Of a stretch of 64,000 bases of DNA, positions 9,174 through 17,587 are shown in pieces. The notes beneath the pieces are model-generated. The model ran no database searches. It saw only the letters and a list, made by a program, of their open reading frames with translations, and had not been told where the DNA came from. The position numbers and the translations under genes are program-made. Source of the stretch: Bacillota bacterium (lineage in GTDB: Bacteria; Bacillota; Dethiobacteria; DTU022); contig JAKPEE010000106.1 of the NCBI GenBank assembly GCA_029552125.1, positions 15,699-79,698 on the forward strand, written 5' to 3'. Each line of letters begins with the position of its first letter. The stretch's first letter is position 1.

Positions 9174-10730
9174 TTATTGTCCCGGTTTGCCATAAAGCCT
9201 GGCTACATCGGCCGTGAGAATTTTGCCCACAGAGTTCTTGGGTAGTTCGTCAACGAATTGCACATATTTGGGCACTTTATAATGGGCTATTCTGCTCCGC
9301 AAATAAGAGATGATTTCTTCTTCGGTCAACTGTTGGCCGGGATTTAAAGAGATCACTGCTTTGCCAACTTCCCCCCATTTTTCGTCCGGGACACCAATAA
9401 CACAGGCTTCGCGAATTTGCTTTAATTCATACAAAACTTTTTCAATCTCCGCTGGGAAAACATTTTCACCTCCGCTGATAAACATATTTTTCTTGCGGCC
9501 GATAATATAATAAAAACCGTCTTCATCCCTTTTGGCCATATCGCCGGTGTAGACCCACGAATCCCGAAGCGTTTTGGCGGTTTCTTCTTCATTGCGCCAG
9601 TATCCTGAAAAAATCTGGGGGCCGCTCCAGATGAGCTCGCCAATCTCGTTATCTTTAACCTCGTTTCCTTCCTCATCGACAATTTTTACCGCGGTCAGGT
9701 ACATGGGCTTCCCGACAGAGCCATGCTTCTCTTTAATTTCTTCCCAGGTTAAGTGCTCCGCCAGAACGGAGAGATTATTGGGTCCCGCCTCGGTCATGCC
9801 ATAGCCTAAAATAAAGCGAACACCCTTGGCCCAGAATTTTTCCATCACGCTTAGCGGTGTAGGCGCAGCCCCGGCCATGACCCAGCGCAAAGATGATAAA
9901 TCTGCTTCTTCGAATTCCGGCAAATCAATCATGGTTTTAAATATTGTTGCTGCGCCAAAACAGAAGGTCGTCTTTTCATTTTCAATGGTCTTTAACGCCA
10001 GTAGCGGATCAAATTGCTTGTTAATGATAATTGTGCCTCCGGCGTGAAGAAGCGGCAGGGTCAGGAGATTCCATCCCCCGGTATGGAATAATGGCAGTAA
10101 AATGTGAGCGGAATCTGTATGGGTAATATTCCAGGTCACGATCTCGTTAAACGAGTTAAACAAAAGGGCCTGGTGTGAAAGCATGGCCGCTTTAGGCAGC
10201 CCCGTGGTGCCGCCGGTATGCAACAACAAATGAATATCATTAAGCGTCAGGTCCGGACAGGATTGAGGCTCTGTGCGGCCGGCAGAATAGATTTTCTCGT
10301 AAGGCGTGTCGTCTCCTTTTTCTGAAGCACCGGTCAGGACCACGTAGTGCCGAATACCGGTCTGCTCTTTTAAGGCCATAACCTTATCTTTGAAAGTGTC
10401 TTCGTAGAAAAGAACCTGCGGCTCTTCGTTCTGGACTAATTGAACCAGCTCCACCGCCGATAATCTTATATTGTAAGGAACAAGGATGGCTCCTATTTTG
10501 CCCGTTGCATAGTAAGCATCGATCAATTCAATGCAGTTGCGGGCCAGGAAAGCCACCCGATCGTTTTTTTTAAGGCCGAGGTTCAATAAAAAATTAGCGA
10601 GCATGTCGGCCCTTTGATCCAGCTCGCGATAGGTGTAATATTGCCGGTTGTCCAGATCGTAAACGGCTTTTTTGTTCGGGGTTAGAGTGGCCCTGTGCTT
10701 CGAATAATTTCCCACCCAGTTCGCAATCAT
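9174..10730 (-). CDS. AMP-dependent acyl-CoA synthetase/ligase.
   Basis: AMP-binding motifs LLHTGGTTGLPKAAMLSH, GYGMTE and YTGDMAKRDEDGFYYIIGRKKNMFISGGENV. The start is trimmed to the ATG at 10730 (MIANWVG...), which follows AAGGGGG. Confidence 0.85.
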   Translation of the reverse strand: MIANWVGNYSKHRATLTPNKKAVYDLDNRQYYTYRELDQRADMLANFLLNLGLKKNDRVAFLARNCIELIDAYYATGKIGAILVPYNIRLSAVELVQLVQNEEPQVLFYEDTFKDKVMALKEQTGIRHYVVLTGASEKGDDTPYEKIYSAGRTEPQSCPDLTLNDIHLLLHTGGTTGLPKAAMLSHQALLFNSFNEIVTWNITHTDSAHILLPLFHTGGWNLLTLPLLHAGGTIIINKQFDPLLALKTIENEKTTFCFGAATIFKTMIDLPEFEEADLSSLRWVMAGAAPTPLSVMEKFWAKGVRFILGYGMTEAGPNNLSVLAEHLTWEEIKEKHGSVGKPMYLTAVKIVDEEGNEVKDNEIGELIWSGPQIFSGYWRNEEETAKTLRDSWVYTGDMAKRDEDGFYYIIGRKKNMFISGGENVFPAEIEKVLYELKQIREACVIGVPDEKWGEVGKAVISLNPGQQLTEEEIISYLRSRIAHYKVPKYVQFVDELPKNSVGKILTADVARLYGKPGQ

Positions 10731-10749
10731 GCAAAATGCCCCCTTAATA

Positions 10750-11364
10750 TTATTTTTGGAGTTTTTCAAGCAAAAAGTAGATGTTATCGGCGAGATGCTC
10801 CATGATCGTGAGCCCCTCCCGATCAGATTCGGCATCGACTGCGCCCGCCGTTCCGGCTAAAGCCATCGGCCAGTAATCGGCGCTGACTATAATCAAGTCG
10901 TTTACTGTTCCCCATAACAGCAACTGGGCAAGAGCAAAGGTGTGCCCTGTCCTGCGAGCCACGGTAATCGGGGCCAGTATTTTACGCGACAAGGCAGTTC
11001 CCTTCCATTGGTAATTCTCATCGGCCCTTTTCATCTCGCTGCCAATCCAGCGGGAAACAAAGCCAGTGCGGTCTAGAAGACCTTTCAATTTACCAGCTAT
11101 ACCGGCATGGTGGACTGGGCTTCCGATTACCAGAGCGTCAGCGCTGCACATTTTGGCAAATATGGCTTGAAAATCATCCTTTGTGCTGCAGCCTTTTTCT
11201 TTCACACAGTGGTAACAAGCTTTACAAGGGGCGATTGACTTATCAGAAAGGGTGATGAGTTCAGTATCCACTCCTTTAGCTGATAGTTTGCTTAGTACGA
11301 AATCAACCAAATACTCCGTATTTCCCTTGGCCCTGGGGCTGCCGCTTATCCCTATTGCTTTCAT
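10750..11364 (-). CDS. Flavodoxin-like NADPH-dependent FMN reductase / iron-sulfur flavoprotein (ISF-like).
   Basis: GISGSPRAKGNTE flavodoxin-like N-terminus plus a compact Cys cluster CKACYHCVKEKGC (C-x2-C-x2-C-x5-C). An ATG at 11364 follows AAGGAG. Confidence 0.7.
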   Translation of the reverse strand: MKAIGISGSPRAKGNTEYLVDFVLSKLSAKGVDTELITLSDKSIAPCKACYHCVKEKGCSTKDDFQAIFAKMCSADALVIGSPVHHAGIAGKLKGLLDRTGFVSRWIGSEMKRADENYQWKGTALSRKILAPITVARRTGHTFALAQLLLWGTVNDLIIVSADYWPMALAGTAGAVDAESDREGLTIMEHLADNIYFLLEKLQK

Positions 11365-11560
11365 TTGATCCAATCTCCTTTTAATTAGATTGAATAGTTC
11401 TGATTATGCGAAAAGCTAAAACCTAACACCTGAACCATCTCTCATGTTTTAATCATATCACGCTTATGCCACTTGTCAAGCACAATTTTTAATTGTTATA
11501 TTTTTTTACCCAGTATTAACATTCAAGCATCGCTACGCAAAAAAATAATATTGCTAATAA

Positions 11561-11590
11561 ATAAAAAACTGCATCTTTATGATGATGCAG
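11561..11590 (-). terminator. Rho-independent terminator after the TetR gene.
   Basis: Minus strand: CTGCATC-ATCATAAA-GATGCAG followed by TTTTTTATTT. Confidence 0.8.
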
Positions 11591-11651
11591 TTTGCACATT
11601 TCTGTTTTACAGTCAACCTGTTTTACAGGCAGCTAGAAAATTACCCGTTTA

Positions 11652-12248
11652 CTAGTCTTTGGCGAATGCTCCCTCTCGAATAAACTTCAAAACATCATGA
11701 AGCACATGTTCCGGAATTTTTGCTTTTTCCCATATTACCCAGCGGAGCCCGACAAAATTAGTAATACCCATAAAACAGTAAGCCAGGACTTCGGGATCGA
11801 TTTCTGTTACTTCACCTTTTTGTTGAGCTTCAGCCAATCCCTTGACATATCGCTCTCCAATATTAGCATAATATTCTTTAAATATTTCTTCATCAACCAT
11901 TTGGGCTTGCCAAATTATTTTATACAGGTTGGGATGTTCGGCAATAAAATCAAAAAAAGTCTTGAACCCGACATGCTCGGCTTCAAGCCTGGTTTTACAG
12001 TTCTTTATATTTACGGCAATTTCTTTGCGCAAATCCTTGCTCAGGTTTCTGACCAGGTAACGGAAAACACCGATCTTGTCTGAAAAATAGATGTAAAAAG
12101 TACCCGGGGCAATCCCGGCCAGGGAGCAAATATCAGTAATTGAAGTATTATAATAACCTTTCTCTCCAAAATACTTCTCCGCGGCAGAAAGGATCTTTTC
12201 TAATGTTTCCCATCCTCTACTGGTCTTCGGTAAATTAACTTCACTCAA
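11652..12248 (-). CDS. TetR/AcrR family transcriptional regulator.
   Basis: N-terminal HTH (GYYNTSITDICSLAGIAPGTFYIYFSDK) and about 200 aa in length. TTG start after AAGGAG. Confidence 0.85.
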   Translation of the reverse strand: MSEVNLPKTSRGWETLEKILSAAEKYFGEKGYYNTSITDICSLAGIAPGTFYIYFSDKIGVFRYLVRNLSKDLRKEIAVNIKNCKTRLEAEHVGFKTFFDFIAEHPNLYKIIWQAQMVDEEIFKEYYANIGERYVKGLAEAQQKGEVTEIDPEVLAYCFMGITNFVGLRWVIWEKAKIPEHVLHDVLKFIREGAFAKD

Positions 12249-12580
12249 GATATAATCTCCTTGCGGCCACGATTGGGGATTCCTAATCTCTCACAGCTAA
12301 GCTCTCCCTCTGCACCGCCGGGCCGTGAGAGGCAGCAACGCGAAAGCTAGCTTATTTTCAAAAGCCGCCAACTTTCTGTTTGATTATATAATATGAATTT
12401 TTAATATTCAACTCTGAGATTCAGTGAGCCTGTGTCAATTTAATATAATTGTAAGAGCAATTTATAAACTTAGAGATACAGATACGGACCGCGGTATACT
12501 TTCCAGGCGTGCCAATTGATATAATTATCGTTGCGATCAAGCAAATGCAAAAGACGCAATTGATTTTGATATTAATTAAC

Positions 12581-12745
12581 TTAATCTCCAGCAAAAGCTT
12601 TTAAAACCTCAGTAAACTCTTCGGGGAAAAGCATGGGGGTATGGTGGGCGCCTGCTTCAAAAATGTATGTTTCGGCTTCCGGGTAAACGGCTGCTAATTC
12701 CTGTAATTTATCGATAGTATCCTGGTCGTCCTGACTGTTAATTAT
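12581..12745 (-). pseudogene. Remnant of the C-terminal end of an alpha/beta-hydrolase gene.
   Basis: The minus-strand frame reads ...IINSQDDQDTIDKLQELAAVYPEAETYIFEAGAHHTPMLFPEEFTEVLKAFAGD*, a classic catalytic-His tail of an a/b hydrolase. There is no intact N-terminal part. The upstream 12742..12933 ORF is in another frame. The context is AT-rich. Confidence 0.5.
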
Positions 12746-13064
12746 TCTTTGCCTCTCCAGCCTGAAATATCGGGCAGTTCTTCTTTAAGCCTCTCGACAA
12801 GCGTCACATAAAATTCTATCAATAATTTGTGATTAATTTTTGAATAAAAACCGTTTAGGTATACATTTCTAAATTCGTTATAGCGGGAAACCCGGCAATA
12901 TTTCATTCGCCTTTTAAACGCAAACCTGATCATGAATTCTGGAATATATTTTAACGCACTTATTTTTTTATCTTCAATTCTTTCAATAAAGCTTTTCGTT
13001 GGGTAAGCATCTTGTCCTCACTAAAAAGTTATTTCTCCAACGCGGCTGCTGTTGCTCGAAACAC

Positions 13065-15185
13065 TCATATGTCTTCCGGGGCTTTTTGACCCCGGTATTC
13101 TTCGCGGTCAACCAGGCCGTTGATTTCGGCCAGGAAAGGGGATTCCTGGCCGGCGGTGGTGAGCAGGAAGAGGTTTTCCGCGGCGCGGGTCATGGCCACG
13201 TAGAGCAGGGTACGGAAGCGCTCCAGATCCAGTTGCTGCTCTTCCGGATCCAGGCCATTGCGGTTGATATAACGGGGGAGCAGCCCGCGCCGCACCCCGG
13301 CGACAAAAACCACCGGAAACTCGATGCCCTTGGCCGAGTGAATGGTCATGACCTTCACATTTTCTTCAAGGATATTAAAAGCCTGGTCCTTGTGAAAGAC
13401 ACAGGGGATGTTGCGGTTAGTCAAAGCATCGCAATACTGCTGGCACAACTTATTGGTTGGGCAAAGGACGGCAAAATCGGACAGGCGGAAGTGCCCGCCC
13501 CCGATCAGCTCCAAAATTGTTTCGCAAACGTAGCGCACTTCCCTATCTTGCAGGTCGCAGGTGATCACCCGGGGGCGGGCGCCCACCCGGTGAGACCATT
13601 CTGGCTTGATGAATTCCTGCTCTGCCTGAAGGAGGGTATTATGCACAATCAGGCAGGCAGCGGCAACAGCCACCTGCCTGGTATTGCGAAAGTTTCTACG
13701 CAAGATGGCGGTGCGGCCGCGGGCATCGATACCGGCATTTTTCCAGGAGAAGCCCCGGCTGTAAATGGTTTGGGAGGCGTCGGCCATAACCATAAAGCTG
13801 CGGCGGGAGCGGGGATCGCCGCCCTTGATCAACTCCCGGGTAAGGCGCAGTTGGACCGGGCTCAAATCCTGGCCCTCGTCAAGGATAACGTCGTCGTATG
13901 GATCGGCCAGGGGTTCTTCAGTAATCAGCTTCAGCCCTACCAGGGGCAGGTCGTTCCAATCATGCAGCCCGGCTTCCTGGAGCAACTCCTGGTAGGCTGT
14001 ATATACAGCCCAGACGGCCCGGCGGTGCCCTGGAGATAAGGGGGTGTTGCGGCCGAATCGGCGCACCTGCAAGTATTGTTCCAGGCTGCCGATGCCGTTA
14101 CCCTTGATTACCTGCTGGATCTCGGTATGGAAAAAATTAAGATCCAGCCGGGGAAAATCGTTTTCCGATGTCTGGCGGACCCGCTTGATCGCCTCCTCCA
14201 CCAATTCCTTCTGCCGGTCGTCATTAATGACATCAAATTCAAGCTCATGCTCCCGGCGCAGGTACTCGGTAAGCCAGTTAAAGAAAGTCATTACTTCCAG
14301 GTTATCCGGCAGCGAACCGATTAACTCTTCAATCAAGGTCTTGTTGACGCCGTTTAAGGTGCGGGTAAAGGTGAGCAGGAGCACTTTGCGCCCCTGGGCG
14401 GCCTGCTCGATGGCCCGGTAAATGCCCACAGTAGTCTTGCCCGAGCCGGCGCAGCCCCGCAGGACCAAATCACCGGTATGGCGAGAAGCAACATAGCGGC
14501 TTTGTTCCGGATCCAGGTACAGCATTAACCTTTTCAGGCTGCCCCGGCAGTAGCCTTGAAGGCGGTCCAGGGTGGTGCGGAAAAGCAGGTTATCGGGGTT
14601 ATAGATAACATGCTCCATTTCGCAGTTTGTGGCCAGGTCCAGCAGCCAGTTGAGGCTCTGCAGGGGCAGACCGTCAAGCTGCTCCAGTTCTTCGAGGCGG
14701 CGGGCCCTTTGCACCTTTTTGACCAGGTGGGAGGGCACTCCCAGGATGCGCAGGTGCGCTGCCGGAAAATAAGCAAAGGGGTTGTCCGCTTCACCTTCAT
14801 TCACCGGGCTGGAGATAGCGGTGCCAGTATGCGCTGCAGCGGCGGCCACTTCGGCTTCAGCTTCAGTGACATCATCATCTGTTTCCAGGCGGCTAAAGGC
14901 GGTTTGCGGAGCGAAAACCCGCCGGTGCACCCGGTCGATAATGCGATGATCGCCCAGTTTCCACAGGCGCAATACATCGCAGTCCCAGTCATAGATGATG
15001 CGCCACGACAAGTTCACATAACACTCCCACTTTCCCGGCGTGCTGTTTAACCGGTGGGCCTGTAGACCCGGATGCCACGGATCCACCCTGAGCTTCTTGA
15101 TCGTGTCCATGGCCTGGTTCTTGATTTCCGCCGGACAGTGATCCAGAGTAGCCTTAAATTCGTCTGAAATAAGTAGTTCAAACAC
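13065..15185 (-). CDS. Fusion protein: an N-terminal RelE/ParE/YafQ-like toxin-fold domain joined to an SF1 UvrD/Rep-like helicase.
   Basis: GTG start 6 nt after GGAGGG. Residues 1-90 follow the RelE/YafQ pattern (KKLRVDPWHPGLQAHRLNSTPGKWECYVNLSWRIIYDWDCDVLRLWKLGDH). The helicase motifs are Q-like LDPEQSRYV, Walker A GCAGSGKTTVG, motif II VILDEGQDLSP, motif III ADASQTIY, motif IV NFRNTRQV, motif V TIHSAKGIEFPVVFV and motif VI LLYVAMTRAAENLFL. Confidence 0.75.
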   Translation of the reverse strand: MFELLISDEFKATLDHCPAEIKNQAMDTIKKLRVDPWHPGLQAHRLNSTPGKWECYVNLSWRIIYDWDCDVLRLWKLGDHRIIDRVHRRVFAPQTAFSRLETDDDVTEAEAEVAAAAAHTGTAISSPVNEGEADNPFAYFPAAHLRILGVPSHLVKKVQRARRLEELEQLDGLPLQSLNWLLDLATNCEMEHVIYNPDNLLFRTTLDRLQGYCRGSLKRLMLYLDPEQSRYVASRHTGDLVLRGCAGSGKTTVGIYRAIEQAAQGRKVLLLTFTRTLNGVNKTLIEELIGSLPDNLEVMTFFNWLTEYLRREHELEFDVINDDRQKELVEEAIKRVRQTSENDFPRLDLNFFHTEIQQVIKGNGIGSLEQYLQVRRFGRNTPLSPGHRRAVWAVYTAYQELLQEAGLHDWNDLPLVGLKLITEEPLADPYDDVILDEGQDLSPVQLRLTRELIKGGDPRSRRSFMVMADASQTIYSRGFSWKNAGIDARGRTAILRRNFRNTRQVAVAAACLIVHNTLLQAEQEFIKPEWSHRVGARPRVITCDLQDREVRYVCETILELIGGGHFRLSDFAVLCPTNKLCQQYCDALTNRNIPCVFHKDQAFNILEENVKVMTIHSAKGIEFPVVFVAGVRRGLLPRYINRNGLDPEEQQLDLERFRTLLYVAMTRAAENLFLLTTAGQESPFLAEINGLVDREEYRGQKAPEDI

Positions 15186-15478
15186 GGTTTGCCCTCCATG
15201 AAGGCAGCGGTTTGGATATATAGTTTTATGAGGGTATATCTGGTTGATAGAAAGTTACGAAGGCTGAAAAGTGTATCTTAGTGCAAACTTTGGGATATTT
15301 TGTAGCCTGATTTCATTCTAAAGGAAATGTGATAGCAGGACAACCCCTAAATTAACTAGTTTTGAGTGAGCTAAAGCAACCGAGAGGTTTCGTGCTAACC
15401 TGAACGGTATAGAGCGAAGGGCTGCTGAACACTTCCTTAGCGCACCAGTTATTGTATTAGAAAGGTTATTTAGTCGAT

Positions 15479-17353
15479 TTAATTCAATAGTTCCATCAGC
15501 TTCTCCCGCAGTTCCAGGGGGATGACCGCTACCTTGGTGCTGCGATTGTCGATGACGGCCCGGCCGATGAAAACGAGGGCGCGGGACCACAAGAGCCCGA
15601 GGGGAGAAGAGGGATCTTCCTCGTCCCAGTAAAAGCCATCCCCCGCCATGCGGCCAAACTTGCGGGTAACGGCATTTAAGCGAGCCCAGCCGCCCTGCTG
15701 CAGGAGATAGCGCAGAAGCTCCTTCTCTACCTGCCCCAGGTCTTTCACAACCTTTGCCAGCACCTTTTGGTTCATCAAGCAGGCTGCAATCTTGTTTTCC
15801 CGGTCGCGGCGCCGCTGGCGGTCCAGGCCGAGGTGGTTGCTTAAGTTAAGCAGCCACTCGTTGGGCATGTTTTTCAGGCCCCGCTTTAAGGTGGCTTGCA
15901 GGGGGATCTTTTTATTTTCAATCTCTTCCCGCAGGCTATCTTCAAAGGCGATGGTTGCGGCACGCTTTTTTAAGGGCTCGTTTAAGGAGAGGCGAATTTT
16001 CACCAGCTTTCGGATTAGTTTTATTGTTTCTTCTATCTCCTGGTCCACCAGTTCTGCATCAATGTGTTCCAGACACTCAAGAGCCGCCCGGTATTCATGA
16101 AGCTCCAGGTAGACGCCAGCCAGGCTAACCAGCACCAATGGTTCCCCAGGGAGCGCCCGTTCCAGCAGTTCTAAAATTTCCCGCGCCGACTCCAGTTTTT
16201 TCTTCCGGCGGTAGAGGTTGGCCAGGGTAACCAGGGTGGGCAAATAATAGCGCCCCTGCTCATAGAGCGGCTCCAGCAGCTCCAACGCTTCGTTGATCTT
16301 CCCCCTCTTTCTTAAGGCCATCGCCTTTTTATTGAGGCGGTCAAGCTCCGGATCTGATTCGACTACAATTCTGATTTCCTGAAGCGTGATCTGTTCTTCT
16401 TTGCCGTCAATGACCGCAGGAATGGGCTGGCCGGGTTTGTAAATACCGCGCTCCACCAGGGCCCGGGCGGCAAAATATTTAAACTCCCGGGGAATACCGC
16501 CGGCCTCGAGCAAGTTTAAACCAAATTCTTTGCCCCACTCTTCTCCAAATTTTATGAGCGGGCAGAGAATGCCTTCCACCTGGTCTTCGCGAATGTCCGG
16601 GCTGAAGAGATACGCTAAAAGGGCCATGCGTACATTACCCCGGGTCAGGAAGCGTGACTGCACCGCTTCATTTTCCGGCTCCCGGGCCAGCTCCATGAGC
16701 TTCTCCGGATCGAAGATTTCATATTCCAGGGGGAAAGGTGGGATTAACCCCCGGTCTACCAGGAAAGCAACCTGCTGCATCATCACGGCGAACCCGGCGA
16801 CATGACTTATGCGCTCCCACAGGGAGGCGGCCCGGCTGAAGCGGCCGATGTTAAACGAGGCGATGCCCGCCAGGAACGTGTTTTCCCAGTTAACGTGATA
16901 TTTATCCCAGCGGCGGTAGAGGTCGAGGACAAGGTGGTGATCCTGCAACGCCGCGGCGGCCCGCATGATCTGAACAGTATACTCGTACCACACTTCTTTT
17001 ACCAGGCCCAGCCGGTCGAGAAGCGGAAGCTTCTGTTCGAAAATGGCGGCGGCCTCCTTTAGCTGCGCCCGGGCATCTTCAGGGCGGCCCAGGCGAACGG
17101 AAAGCTGCGCCGCCAGGGCAAAGGTATAGGGATTGGCATCGGGTGCGGCAGGATCAAGATGCGGTTCGACAACAGCCCAGGCCCGCTCGATTTCGCCGTT
17201 TAAAAAAAGAGCGGTGGCCAGGTTGTTGAGGGCGGAAATATCATTTGTTAGCTCCAGGGCTTCGCTAAAGGCTTTCGCTGCCTCCCGGTAATCTTTTTCC
17301 CTGAGCAGGGTTTTGCCCCGCTCCATCATTTCAAGGAATTTGCTGCTGCTCAA
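15479..17353 (-). CDS. Tetratricopeptide-repeat protein with a non-TPR C-terminal domain of about 110 aa.
   Basis: Multiple TPR-like helix pairs (e.g. EKDYREAAKAFSEALEL, GKINEALELLEPLYEQ, KKLESAREILELLERAL, HEYRAALECLEHI). The C-terminus, LLRYLLQQGGWARLNAVTRKFGRMAGDGFYWDEEDPSSPLGLLWSRALVFIG, looks like a winged-helix module. Confidence 0.7.
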   Translation of the reverse strand: MSSSKFLEMMERGKTLLREKDYREAAKAFSEALELTNDISALNNLATALFLNGEIERAWAVVEPHLDPAAPDANPYTFALAAQLSVRLGRPEDARAQLKEAAAIFEQKLPLLDRLGLVKEVWYEYTVQIMRAAAALQDHHLVLDLYRRWDKYHVNWENTFLAGIASFNIGRFSRAASLWERISHVAGFAVMMQQVAFLVDRGLIPPFPLEYEIFDPEKLMELAREPENEAVQSRFLTRGNVRMALLAYLFSPDIREDQVEGILCPLIKFGEEWGKEFGLNLLEAGGIPREFKYFAARALVERGIYKPGQPIPAVIDGKEEQITLQEIRIVVESDPELDRLNKKAMALRKRGKINEALELLEPLYEQGRYYLPTLVTLANLYRRKKKLESAREILELLERALPGEPLVLVSLAGVYLELHEYRAALECLEHIDAELVDQEIEETIKLIRKLVKIRLSLNEPLKKRAATIAFEDSLREEIENKKIPLQATLKRGLKNMPNEWLLNLSNHLGLDRQRRRDRENKIAACLMNQKVLAKVVKDLGQVEKELLRYLLQQGGWARLNAVTRKFGRMAGDGFYWDEEDPSSPLGLLWSRALVFIGRAVIDNRSTKVAVIPLELREKLMELLN

Positions 17354-17587
17354 TGGGAACGTCTCCTTTTTTCAGGTCTTTACTATTCATTTCGGCACTG
17401 GACCATTTTCCCCTTCCCGTACCGGCAAAGGCAGTCTAAACAAACCAGGGTATACAGAGGTGGCAGCGCCAGGCAGGAACCGGGTGCCTGTTTTTCTTGT
17501 CACCATAGTATAATGGATATTGGACGGCCGGCACGGCCGGGCAGGCGTGGATAAGACCGGCCGCCAACCAAAGAGAGGATGGGATTC

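Noticed and set aside
12999-14039. 346-aa plus-strand ORF overlapping the helicase gene.
   Set aside because: It lies fully antisense to a CDS with clear helicase motifs. Its translation is low-complexity and rich in Gly/Ala/Gln/His, with no recognisable motif or RBS. This is a typical shadow ORF in GC-rich coding DNA.
15318-15590. 90-aa minus-strand ORF spanning the TPR gene 3' end and part of the spacer.
   Set aside because: It is out of frame with the TPR CDS over most of its length. Its translation is Arg/Pro/His-rich and it has no RBS. It is not a credible antitoxin candidate.
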